64,000 nt of DNA. Source: Lytechinus pictus. Lineage: Eukaryota. Position 1 is the first letter of the stretch; every line of letters begins with the position of its first letter. A program made the translations under genes and the position numbers. The stretch covers positions 19,780,001 through 19,844,000 of the forward strand of contig NC_087251.1 in the NCBI RefSeq assembly GCF_037042905.1, read 5' to 3'. The notes under the pieces were generated by a model. That model did no database searches, was not told the origin of the DNA, and was given only the letters and a program-made list of their open reading frames with translations. Shown one piece after another: positions 1-12,798 of this stretch.

Positions 1-925
1 AACATAAAGATTTACTCCAAGAGTTCTATAACCCTGTAGTCACGTCCTCTCATCGTCGAAGACTGAAACTTTGAGTAGAACCGGCGCAGGATTTTTCCCG
101 ATAGTTCCCTTGAACGAATGATAAGATTTCCACTTCCAATCTCATTAATTAGTCAACACGCTGTTAGGGTGTTGTGTTTCTCGCATGGCTTTGCTCATGT
201 TGGCAAAGATTTGGCTAGGCTGATGAGTTCCCAAAGACGATGAAGGTAGTTAGCTTTGAGACAAAAAATTATATCGCGAGATTGTGTAATGAGAGAAAGA
301 ATTTCAACTGAAATATATGCATATATATGAATCCGAAAGGCATGGTACATGACTTAACAAAAGTCTCCATGATGCTTCTCGTACGGTTTAACTAAATTCA
401 TCTCTATTCTTGAGTTTATGACTAAAATACGAATAGCACAATGTTTTTCATAAAGTGTGATTTTTATTCCACGATTGGCACATGTAACTTTTCCCAAGGA
501 AAGAAGGAAGGGTCGACCGGCTTACGCTATGTTTGAACGATAAAGTATGATGTTGGTTCGTCAAGATCTGACACCTGAGTAAATATTAAGATCATCATCA
601 TCGGTTCGGATGTTTAACCCAGAGTATGGTACAATAATAGTTACATCCGTTCCCTATCATATTATGTCCAATATAAACATTACACAGTGTCAAAATGTGT
701 ATAGCTGATTACCCGAATTATCCGCTTAATAAATATTTCAATTTGATGGACATCTATTATACATATTGTTATTTGATGAGCCTCACCTATCCTTTATCCA
801 ATACCATGTCTGATGAGGTGCCGGCTTAAAAATCATTAAAATTATAGCTTATTTTGTATATATTAGGCTGATATTCTTTTTTTTTCAAAATGATATATGA
901 ATAATGAGAAAGCCTGGTAGACCAG

Positions 926-1097
926 GTGGCCGTTTCATAAAGCTGTTCGTAAGTTAAGAGCGACTTTAAGAACGACTGGTGATCCTTTCTTACGCGCTAA
1001 ACCATCGCCTATGGTGTATACCATTTACCAAAAGAAAGGATCACCAGTCGTTCTTAAAGTCGTTCTTATCTTACGAACAGCTTTATGAAACACCCAC
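926..1097. mobile_element. Fold-back MITE, probably PIF/Harbinger-type, with 3-bp CAG target-site duplication
   Basis: About 65-bp near-perfect inverted arms (GTGGCCGTTTCATAAAGCTGTTCGTAAG...GATCCTTTCTT / AAGAAAGGATC...CTTACGAACAGCTTTATGAAACACCCAC) around a ~40-bp spacer. CAG flanks both ends (923-925, 1098-1100). The superfamily is inferred from the 3-bp TSD and termini. Confidence 0.85.
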
Positions 1098-1136
1098 CAG
1101 GCAGCTTTAATCTAGTAATACCACTTTAAAACTTAC

Positions 1137-1185
1137 CTTTAATAATCTTCTTTTTAATAGGTTTTGGTCTAGTCTTCCGGTCCAT
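1137..1185 (-). CDS. Candidate first coding exon of a host gene running off the left edge: MDRKTRPKPIKKKIIK + G, phase-1 intron
   Basis: Minus strand reads aaaATGG (good initiation context), then 16 open codons, then AAG|GTAAGT (consensus donor, plus-strand acttacc at 1131-1137). It sits downstream of a promoter-like region. No second exon is visible in 1-1130. Confidence 0.45.
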
Positions 1186-2200
1186 TTTGGAAAAAGTATA
1201 TTAACAACCTCATTTGTGTCTGACTGCATTCACCTTTCCTTCTAATACCTTTAAAATGAGCCAAGGGTGATGAAATATTTGATTTCCTTGATTTAAAAAC
1301 AAATAACAAACGGATAGACTCTTTTCACGCCTTAGACCTGACTTAGATTTCCGTAACACCTCAGGCATATTCTTCCTTTCCGTACTTGATCTTGACTTTC
1401 AGCTAACTCTTTCATTTGTTAAACATGTAGACTTCTTTATCAAAGATATGTCATTGAAATACCATATTCCTTCGAGGTTTATTTCCATGAAGATCCTTCA
1501 GGATATTGAGAAGATCGAGAGGGGGTAAGGGTGGTTGGGGAGAAAGAAGAAGTCAGTGTGTTCAAAGGACCTTTTAAATTTCGCAGAGTCAATGCATGAA
1601 AACATGATTAATGCTCTCTTCGCTCGATCAATATTGGGATTTCGATTGGGCGTATACCCAAATGTAAAAAACATATTACCAAATGCTTTTTTTTTTCTTC
1701 AATTATTGCAATTTCTATTGTAAAGTGTAGTAAACATTTTTTGTTCATTACTTATGATTTTACTATAGTCCTTTAAAAGAAGAACATATTTGACAAGATG
1801 AAAAGTGACAAATTTATTGAAATTAGACAAAATAATTCAAACTTAATCCACAAAATTCTGAGAATGACTATACAATATTGCAGCCATCTTTATGAACGAT
1901 ATCAAATGAACTTGGTATCTTGTATACTCTCTAGTTGATGGATGTTGTGCTGATATCATTTACTAAAGTGTTTAAATTGATGCATATTGTATGAATAGCC
2001 TGAAACCGATAGGCCTCCTTCAAGTGAAAAAGTGTGCCCCTCTTCTACAATTTTTGTTGTCCTCTTTCTTCTGTCGATTTTTCTCTCTCTTTCTTTGTGT
2101 TCTTGTTTCCTGTTTTTGGAGAGGAATTCCTGCTGAACCAGCGAAGCAAGCTCTGCAGTAAACCTGATACATTTCTCTGCTTGGTTGACTGACAGAAGAA
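1186..2200 (-). other. Putative long 5' UTR of the minus-strand gene, with upstream ATGs/uORFs
   Basis: Non-repetitive sequence between an Inr-like TCAGTC (minus strand, ~2186-2191) and the ATG at 1185. It includes uORF 1887-1843 (MAAILYSHSQNFVD*) in aagATGG context. Confidence 0.3.
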
Positions 2201-2720
2201 TGACAGCAAGAATGTTCGATCGCCCATTGTTCTAGATACATGACGCCACGGTCTCGCCCGTAGCGCCCCCAGCAAGGACTTGCCGATAATTCACTCCAAA
2301 CAGCTCATCGCTTACACTTGTGTTATCATTAGCATTAATCCGAGAGGGATCTTGAAACAAAAGCCTAACGACAAGTGGTCACCATTTTGATTTTCTCTCT
2401 TTTTTTATCAGGTGTAGTCAGTATTGGTTACCTTGGATAATGGTCAGTAAACGGGACATGATCGCCGGACCACCGAGACCGGGTGTGGGTAGGTCCACCT
2501 TCCCCCTGGGCATGGCAACGGGAGGGGACCTGGGAGGGGGACAAGGTAAATGATTAGACTAATGACTCGGACATCCAGGCCAAGTTATGCGGACATTCTG
2601 GACACGGTGGTGGTCACTAGGGGACTCCGTCCTTGTGCTATAAGTTCATGGAAAGTCCGTGCAAATCCCTGGACTCCTCGGGCCTGAACTGGTGCAGAAA
2701 GAGAAGATTGAGATCTGAAT
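2190..2720 (-). promoter_or_regulatory. Putative promoter / proximal regulatory island
   Basis: Clearly GC- and CpG-richer than the flanks. Contains CRE-like TGACGCCA (2241-2248), G4 motif GGG-A-GGGG-ACCT-GGG-A-GGGGG (2520-2540), X-box half CATGGCAAC (2511-2519) and AP-1-like TGACTC/TGAGTC sites. Confidence 0.4.
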
Positions 2721-5700
2721 GAGTCGTGATGACCACAATATATGTTCACACTGCTCGATGTTTCATTCCCACAATTCCAGGTTTATTACAAGACGGTATG
2801 CAGGAACTTGAACTACATCATAAATATAGTCATAAAGCTACGACGCTGCCTTTAATAGAGACGCCTTACAAAACTGAATTAACACATGGACCTATATGTC
2901 CATGATTAACGCCATTAGAAAGGATAATGTATCCATGATCTACATCTGATAATTTTTATATCCGATAGAAATATTTAAACTATTATTATGAAAAATTGAA
3001 TAATAGACTCCCGACACAAAATGTGTATATTTTTATGATTGTAAAGGTTTCTACTTCGTATCTTGATTTTTGAAAGTTGAATATTGATTTCAAACATCTC
3101 AGAGAAATGATTTGACCACATTAGCTCGTGTGGATGTAAGGGGCTGTCCACCAGAATGAAATATAATTTTTGGCAATGTGATCTGATTGCAAAGTATCCT
3201 TGGCCATTACTTGAACACGTTAGAGGGCATGACCAGAAAGATCAAAGCATCGTTAGTACGTGTCTGTCAAAAGACAACCCAGTGGTCAGTCCGCCAAATT
3301 TGTCACCCCAAAACCTCATCGTGTTTTCGATCACCACCAACGGTCAGCTCGATCATGGAGGAGAATACTAAAAGATTTTCGCGTCACTCTACCAAAGGTG
3401 GCTCGGGTAAGCCGAGATGGCCAGTTCGGAGTCAAGGGGTTGGCAAGATGATATATGAGAAGGATGGTGTTGTTTATACGCGATCCCCCATTGTAGCTTG
3501 AACTAGCTTGTGGCCTAAAGTCAAGTCTATTGCTTCCTCATATCATCACCTCATTAACCTATCATTCTGTAGAGGGACGAAATGCTTTATGACCCTTTTT
3601 ATTCACCACAAATAACTCTCCGATTTAACGAGTGTCATTGACACCAAAAGGCGATTTGTTTAACACGTAATTTGCGCGTTAACGTTACGGGTACAGGTGT
3701 ACTATTGCACATGAGCTTTTTTGGAGGGGGTGGATAAAATAAGAAATAGGGTTGAATCGGGGGAATAAGATCAAGAAGCTCTTGAGACTCTAGAAACAAG
3801 ACCACAGTAAGCATACTGGGGTTAATGTGTGAATTATTTGAGCTAAACACGCACCAATAAAAATATCAACAAATTCAAATGACGTTGCACTGATGGATGG
3901 GCATAATCTAATTTTGTTCGTCTCGCACTCACCGGTCGAAATAACTTAAATTTTAGTTGTAGCAGACATCTTGTAAGATAGCTAGTTGATACGAATATTA
4001 CAAACAACAATTTTTTTGTCTTAAATTGATAATCAAGCAGTCAAGCCTTGTTCATTTATATATTTTAGAAGTAATAACGAAGCATTTAATACTGTGCATG
4101 GGAAGAAAGAATCTTTGTCTAAAATGTGTCTTATTTCAAATGAGAGTACCTTGCTATATTCTGCGGGGCAACGAGCAAACGTGTTAAAAATGTTATTTAT
4201 CGGGAGCGCCCTCTGTTGAGCGATTGCGACACTGTAAATGCGATGCATGAAAAAAGATTAGGGGTTATTTCTTCAATTATTATGCTTGTTTTTCATTTGT
4301 TAGTTTCTTACTTCACATATGATGTGATGCACTGACGATTTATTCCATATAATGCGAAATTGCTGTAATATATTAATGTTCATAACATAAAGTCATAATG
4401 GAACTGTCATAACTGTCTCAGAGGAACAAAAATAATCTCGTTCGTTTAATGATAACATCATTGGCTCAAATCACTCTGTATAAACAACAAAAGTATTGAC
4501 AATAAACTATAGTCATATAAAAAAAAAAACAAGACATACATTTCGGGGTCAAATTGTGTTAAAAGATGGTCTAATAAAATATCAAATATCATATCATTTC
4601 TGTTCATCGATTTTTCTGTCATTCATCTGAAAAGCGCATTAAAATGAAGCCAACTATCGTAAAGCAAATATACAGGCATATATCCATCATGAGCTTTCTT
4701 TTGAAAGGCATATGTCATATTGGTAAATGTCTATATTCAGTACAAATGTTGATTGACGTCGGGATTTGAGTGTTTTCCTTCACATATGCGATCTGTTTAA
4801 TTTCAAGAGAACGGAGTTTGGAAAGACAGCGTATAAGGCTCTATCAAGCCCTTCGGTGCAAGCTTCATATAAATAATGTTAAAAACCCGAGATAAGTCTC
4901 AACCTCGAGGAAATATGTGGAGCGGTGTCTTTGCCAGTGATTTACTTCCCCCACACCTGAGAATCCGTGTTTATTTAGCTAGTTTTATAACTTTCATCAC
5001 GTACAAGTCCAAATGCATCTGACGAGGAAGGAAGGAGAGAAAGACGCGAAACCCTTTTCCCTTTTAAATTTTACAAATGCGCGGCGAGGATCACCGTAAA
5101 TCACCCAAAGATGAGAGAGGAAGAAGTTGGGCAAAAGTTCTCTCTTCTCAGCTCCCATCGTGAAAATAGAATTGTCAAGTTGGATGTTTGAAATCGATAA
5201 ATCGTGAACCTGAACGTGCACGTCGTGTCATTGGCTAAAAACTGCGATCTCCGCATCCCATGGGATTATTTATAAGTTTGTGAAAGATTAACAAATATTT
5301 ACGGGCTGGCTCGGAAAACAATGGCACAACTTAACCAAACAAGCGACATAGGCAAAATATTGATGGCTTTGGCCTTTGACCGGGGGATGTCACAAATTTT
5401 TTGGTGAGGGAGGAGGATTATTTTTTTCTTTCTTTCTATATTTCAGCAGACAACGAAGGCGTGATGACACTGCGTGCAAACATGACATCGTCGAGAATGT
5501 CCATCCGATTTAAAGCAATAAACATGCGAGCCTACAATCACTTCTCACTCATCTTTGATAAATTCCGTTGCCATGACAGCGTTCACCTTCCAAAGTACAC
5601 CTCGAAATAAAAAGAACCATGAGAATACTCACCTACAAAACCGATTAGCATCGCGCACAAATAGAAGCGGCATTCTCTCAGATTTTTAAGTGTCCATCCA

Positions 5701-6447
5701 TCTTTCTTTTTTGCATGGTAACAAGAAAACAGCCTCAAAACTGCATCCCATTCTCTGTGTGAGATGGGTAATTACGAAGAAAAGAAAGTGAGAGAAAGCT
5801 TCAGGTAAGATCCAAACAAAGTTAAAGATAATACACCAGAAGAGATTTATCGTGGAAAATTGTAACAGCTGGGTTGGCTGTTTGTGTATGTTGAAATCAC
5901 GTCCGTGACCATCTTCTCAAAACTTCTCCCGTTTCCGACGATTTATAACGGCGTGGTGCAAATTAAGTCTTTACGATTGATGTTCAGGAATTTCCCTTGC
6001 TGAGCAGTGACAAAAAATATACCTAAAAAATGAGTAAGCAAATGGAGTTTTTGTCGAAATTGCTACCGAAATCATAATTTCATTCAAAATGAATAGGGAA
6101 ATATGTGTGTACATTAATCTACAGAAAATATATACGATTTTGAGGGGATGGTTTTCTCTCTTTTGTGAATAAAATTTTTCTTAATCTAGTCTGAAGTTTT
6201 GATAAAGGTTCAATAATGTAATCTACATGAGTGTAATTTATCATTCAAATCTTTAAACCAGACAATTCGAACAGTTTTCTCAAAACTGTAGTGAAGAAAC
6301 GTATTTCCTGAAAAATGTAAAGCCAATTCCATAGCAAAAAAAAATGGTTTCATTCAAAAAGAGAAAAAATATCTAGGGCCTACTGATATTGTTCTTCGGA
6401 CGCCGATCCTAATATACCTTCTTGTGAAATGGTAATTTCACCTGATT

Positions 6448-6713
6448 CCTTTGCAATAATGCAGCGATAAAGTTTGTAATATTTAAAACCTTTTTTTGCG
6501 ATAAAGTTTGTAATATTCAAAACATCTTTTTACATAGTTCTAGTTTATTACTACATTATAAGAACACGTATGTGCTAAATTTGTTCGGAAGTATGGAAGT
6601 TACTTCCAAACAACTTTAGCATATACATGTACTTATAATGTAGTAATAAACTAGAACAATGTAAACAGATGTTTTAAAATATTACAAACTTTATCGCTGT
6701 ATTATTGCAAAGG
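6448..6713. repeat. Long fold-back inverted repeat (MITE-like) with a ~35-bp tandem duplication in the left arm
   Basis: CCTTTGCAATAATGCAGCGATAAAGTTTGTAATATT... pairs with ...AATATTACAAACTTTATCGCTGTATTATTGCAAAGG. Pairing continues inward (TAGTTTATTACTACATTATAAG / CTTATAATGTAGTAATAAACTAG) to a tiny centre at ~6590-6605. GCGATAAAGTTTGTAATATT occurs twice in the left arm. Confidence 0.85.
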
Positions 6714-9700
6714 CTAAACAAATATATCTGATACTATACTGTATCCCCTGAAAATTTTGGAAGAATGCTCGAAATAACTTTGGACATAGTGATACAGTGA
6801 TTAACTGATTAATAAAAGTAAAACTGGTTGCGGTAACATTGAAATATATACCTGTAAAAGGCAAAGGCAACTATGTAATATTTATTTGATGGGTTTTATT
6901 TACACTGGACAATTTTAACAAAATATTCAAATTTAAGACCCAGTACAAACATTAAGTGCACATTGTATTATGTTTCTGCAAAAATCTGACACATGATTTG
7001 GTCCATAAATCTCAAAATAACGTTCAATATCATAAAATGCCAAGTCATTCCATGCATTGCACTCAATGTTGCCTTTGCCTTCGGTCACGTCGATATAGAA
7101 TACATGTCAGGTGCATGGTCTGTTTAGAATGATTGTTAAAGTCAATGATGTCTATTCGTGTGTTGCAAGTATTACTCATTCTCTCAGCTTTTCCGATAGC
7201 AGCCTCCTGGTTCACTGCACTGCCATCAATAGTTTACTCAAAACTTTAAAGGATGACAAACTTCTCCAACCTAGACAGGTTTATTTGTAAAGATAGCGAT
7301 TGAAATCAGTTGATGGTGGTTCGTATATTCAAGATATTGGATATCTGATATTTGTTCTTGCGAAAATTGTTTGAAATGAGACATCTGGATGCCAAATAGA
7401 AACATGATTTTATGCTAATATAGGTTCCTAAAACCGGAATTTAAAAACTTCAGATTATAGAATGAATGATTCAATAATTGAATATATCAAATTAGCAATT
7501 AATTAAAAAAGCGAACGAAATAAAGAAAAAATGTATTCAGTACTTACAAAATATTAATAAATCCTATAAAAAAAATTAGGATTATAGCAAAGATGTATTC
7601 AAATACACCATGTTTTGTAAATTAATTTTTATGCCAATTAGCATTATTATATACTCTTTCTTATTGTAAATCTTAAAAAAAATGAAATGAAAGTAGGCAT
7701 GGCAACTCGGTGTTACAAATTGTTAATGTTTATATCATATTTACAAGCCGATGTAATTATTCTGGCGGTGTTATCCTTGTTCAACGGTGATGATTTTTGC
7801 AAATTGGAAAGTAAGATAATAATGGCTACAGCCACGGCATAATCGTGGTAACTAAACGAAGGGACACTGGTTTAAAGAAAACGTTTACAATACCTTTAAC
7901 GAATAATCCCTCTGAGTTATGATTACTTCTCCCTCTTGAACTAACACAGGAAAGTAGTTTGTCGTTCCCAGCTACATTTTCCCCCATAAATCCGATTCGG
8001 AAACTCAGTCATGCCTCAGTGAAAAAAAGAAAACTTATGACTGACTTGGCATCGCTTATAGCTTCAAAGGTTGGTGTATATCTCTTTTTAATAAATTCTC
8101 CGGATGATATGGGTTCTCTCTTATTAGCCTTGTCTTATACAGTACGTCCAAATAGGGTATGAAATAGAAAGGGGTATACAGCAAGTAATCGTGCTGTATG
8201 AAATTAATATAACGTGAAAAAAAAAAATCGACCCTTCCCTTTACCCCTCCAATCACAGACACACACATTCAACCTCGCCCACGCGCACACATATATGCTC
8301 TCTCTCTCTCTCCTCTCTATTCCTCCGTATGCATAGCATATTTAGAGTGTGAGAACGAGGAGATATAATAAATGATAAGGAAACAGAGGGAGGAATTTAA
8401 TAGATCAAAAGGAGGGTGACAATAATAAAGTGCTTTGAGGATATCTTTGGGCATACGAACCAGCATCCGTAATATATAGCCCCACATCAAGTCCTTAACT
8501 ACTCCTATCTGGCATGGTTCATTACCCATAGTTCAACATTCTCAGCAGTGTAGACTTGTAATATAGTCCTAATATACTTGAATTATAAAACACCAATGCA
8601 TTACTCAATATAGCAATAATCATGTTACCAAGTAGCAAAACAAAAACAGCTAACTTCCCTCTTAAAAACATTCTAGATTCTACCCACAAAAAAAATTTAT
8701 AAAGTAATTGATCACATGTATTACTAAAAGTTACCTCTCAAAGTATATGTAAGACTATTGATTTATTACACACAGTCCATGAGAGACAACACACAGGGTT
8801 AGTCAGTTCGCTCTGGTGTTCACGATATGTGTTCACACACCCTTGTAACCCCCATTACGTATCGGTGAATCAAACAGATAGTTGGTATTAATTACCAATA
8901 ATTATATTATTAGTTTACTTTTTATAATACAAATTCGGTCAATTTTCTGAGTTTTTTTTTAATTACTTGGCAATATACTCATATCTAATTGAGCATCGAG
9001 TACACGCCAATAAACCCACACGACTCTATCCAAACCTATGTAATGTCTGTACACAATATACTCATATAATGTGTCTGCACAAAATTATTTCGTAGTTTTT
9101 CAAGTACACGACACATTATAAATGCGAGATATAAGCGTCGATTTGCCAAACTTGAATTATCGAAAGCTGATGAATTAATAGAAGCTACACATGAATCATA
9201 ATTTATACTTCCCTTTGTGATGAACATACTGATAAACCAAACAGGTTTTGTACACTGTACGCGCTCGGGTTATGATCTGAGATGGCGTCCATTCACCATG
9301 CAACGTCCACGTGATTAATAATCAAACCACGTGGTCAAACTAATGGTGATATCATAACCAGCAGCATGACTGTCAAATATTGTTACATTGTTTTATCAGT
9401 TGATTATCGCACAACAGTTAAATATGGAAGACCGAACATTAATTCTCTAGTCTTCTCAGAGTGAAATCTTCCAGTAACTGGGTAAAATAACTATCAAATA
9501 CGTCGTCTTTAGATGTGAAATTATTTTTTAACGGTATATTTGTAATTATCCAGCTACAAATTTGCAAGTGGTCTAAACTATTAATCATAAGAATGAAAAA
9601 TGCTAAACAATGTTTTCAAGATTAAAATCAATCTCTCTGTTCTTAATTTATTCATACACATTGATAGTAGCGAGTATTCATAACTATCTAACTGTGGGTA

Positions 9701-11381
9701 AACCTTGATAAAACTTAAGATTGTATTCTGTGTCCGTAATAAGATGCAAAATGCTTGACAAATCATGTTTCATAGAGACGACGTCGACAAAAGAAATTAA
9801 ACAAATACTATTTTCATAAACTTTCTAATATGTATTTCAGTTTCTATTGCAATAAGGAAATATCACATGTGCAACCTCACTTTTTAGTGATACAATTCAG
9901 CTGATATAACAAAATTGATACAAGTGAATTGATTGAATTATTGAAAGCATGTTCGGAATGGAAAATGGGTCATCGTAGCTAAGAGCGAAATAATTTTTTA
10001 CGAAATGTTCACACTGCTTGTATTTGTCTTCCTGCATTCAATACATTTGTGGACAAACGGCTGCGATTTTTATTATTTTCGAATAGCTTTAAAAGGTTCA
10101 TCATATCCGTTATTATAGTTACATCAAAACACAGTGTAACCCTTTAATTTCATTTTAAAATGTGAGTGGTTTTGTATTTCAAACTTGTAGGCATCATCCA
10201 CAAACTTTACTTCTGACACCAGTTGGTCAAAACGTGTCCTATCTAAATCAACCCTATACTTTCCCCATGTATATTCCCATGGAACATCTCTATTTCATGC
10301 TCATGTGTTTCAAATTTGCAAAGATTGCCGACAAAGGTGTAAAATGCTTGTCACTTTGGCCGCTTCCTGGAGGGGGCGTCGACGAAAGGAATTCTACCTT
10401 TCATATTCTTTTATTTTTTCCGTAATGGATTGTATCAAAACTACATCGACTGGAATTGAGAGAAAGTAGGAGATATTGAGGTGATAATTCTTACCATGTT
10501 GTCAGAAAGTGATGACAGTTTTGCTTCGGATTTTATTTATATGTCGTTCAGTCCGTTTCGTATCAATTCAGCCGATTTGAAAGAAGTGTCGAGTAATGGA
10601 AATTTAACAGATAAGAAGAATTAAGATTATACTAATTGAATAATAATTACAATCATGATCATGTTTAAAATTACATAATTAAGTACAATATTATCAATTT
10701 GAATGTATTTGATCATGTTTGATATTGCATGATTAAGTAAAATATTAGTAATTTGATGTAATTTCTAGGTGTGTGTGTGTGTGTATAATATATTTTTGGA
10801 TTATGTGATTTTTTAAAAATTGCATTTCATAAATATTTTATAATCTTGAGAATATACTTTATCTAAAAATCGTCAATAATTGATTGAATATTTGCCCGGG
10901 GGTACTAATTTGAATCCCGGCATTTAGACTTAAATTTGATTGGAGAGTGAAAATAAAGAAAAATAGGGGTAATAAAATGATCAGACTGACAGACCGGGTA
11001 CAAAAAAGAGGAGATTAGAGTAAGAAACGGAATGACTACATCAAGATGTGATAGAACTGGAATAGCTTTTGTCATTTCGAAGATCGAAGTTCAGAGGTGA
11101 CGGTCCTGGCTATGAAATGACCTGAGGGGAAGTCCTTTTGACAATTCCACGGTGATAGAGGAGGGTCAAGGGAAGAGAATCGGTAACTTTAGAAGAGGTC
11201 ACGTGTCCTAAGGCAGTGCAGCAAACCACGTCTTTACTTCTCACCTCCAAAGTTTCGACGTCCACAGTCGAACTTGAAAGAAAGACATAGGCCTATAAAA
11301 AGAGTGTGAAGGGAACGATTCTGGGTCAATTTCATTGGGGGAAAAAGAGGGAAAATTTCGGTCGGTATAATATTTACAGGC

Positions 11382-11643
11382 ATAATTTTTCATATAGCGC
11401 CTTCTATCAAGATACAATCTATTCCGATACCGACTATTACCCCTACTTTAGCTCGAGCTGCCGTTTCTAGCGCTGAGAGCTAATTATGTCGAGTGCCCAT
11501 TTACGTGAATAGGGTTGAGTGCAGCACGATGTACATTAATTTAATGCTGAAGGAAATTACGCCATGGCTGGGATTTTGAACTCGTGACACTCTATTTCAA
11601 AGTCCGGGGACCAATGTACCATGTCTACAGGGCCACAACGCTC
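11382..11643 (-). mobile_element. Decayed tRNA-derived SINE (echinoid SINE2 type)
   Basis: Minus strand begins GAGCGTTGTGGCCCTGTAG (A-box region) ...GGACTTTGAAATAGAGTGTCACGAGTTCAAAATCCCAGCCATGGCG (B-box region). Body is GTGCTGCACTCAACCC...GTAAATGGG, with a 3' end GCGCTATATGAAAAATTATG. This matches my recollection of sea-urchin SINE architecture. Confidence 0.75.
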
Positions 11644-11874
11644 TTCTTTGAGATCAGGATTTCCATGAGACTTGTTTTTATGGAGACTTATCTCGCAATA
11701 TGATGGACCCCATCAACCATTATCCAGGAAAAGAAATTTCTATCATTTTGAAAACTTTAGATTTTTTTAAATATATATCACAATGTACTCATTCGCCATC
11801 CACACACACATTAAAAAATGCACTTACTATCGCTACGAATTTATAGACTCTTGTATGATATCATCGTCACATTT

Positions 11875-12260
11875 CACATACACACACATATTCATATGAG
11901 AATATTCGTTTACACTCGTGACAGGAGTTTCTGTCATGCACCACACACACACACACGCACACCCCCACATACCTACACACACCCTTGCCGCAAAGGTATA
12001 CACCAATGTGCGTACCCGCGTTGATGTGGGTGTGAGTGGGTGTATAAACTGGTTTTGGCAGTCAATGTGTAGTTCATTTACAAGTGTGTGATATAGCACA
12101 CACACACGCACCCCTCATCCACCCGCACCCGCACCCACATCCTTTCGACGCACACATGTACACACAATCAAATAATGATGTTCTTACACGTCTTTCGTAC
12201 TTACGCACTAATCCACGCACAGACACTCCATCCCCCACCCACACCCACACCCTCTCACAT
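11875..12260. repeat. Degenerate CA/CAC-rich low-complexity region
   Basis: Multiple interrupted (CA)n and CACCC tracts; explains the HT-rich spurious ORFs. Confidence 0.7.
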
Positions 12261-12798
12261 TATCGAGCGCTCGGTTTAGTTGATGTAATCTCATCGAAAA
12301 ACTAAAATCTGACATGGGCATTGATACGCATAAATACCTACATGTGTAAGTTCGCTCAAATCATCACGCATTTACATTCGCTTTTATACACACACACACA
12401 CCCACATGTTATAATCGTTAATTAGAATTTTCTTTGCGTGCTTTTATTTTCCAGGATTCTTTATCCACACATTTATAAATATACTTGGTTCAAACAGGTC
12501 TCATGCCAGTTACAAGGAAATAATCACACATTGCACTTTTTTCATGTATACTTAACAAATATAATTTCATCTTGAATGGTTTCTTACCATAACAACGGAT
12601 ACTGGAATCGCCTTAGTAAAAGCCAAAAAAAGGAACAAAAAACAAATATGGGTGCATTATACTGATCATGCATAACCACATCAAACCTTTGAAGAATTTA
12701 AATTATGATCAATAAGTATCTTGAGGTTTATTACTGCAGAAGATATACAGTAAAATATGTACAAATTTTATAATTTACTACTTTTTATTTGAAGCATG

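Noticed and set aside
725..750. Minus-strand QIEI-coding stretch as possible second exon of the candidate gene
   Set aside because: No AG acceptor in phase, and it continues FIK rather than IPCK.
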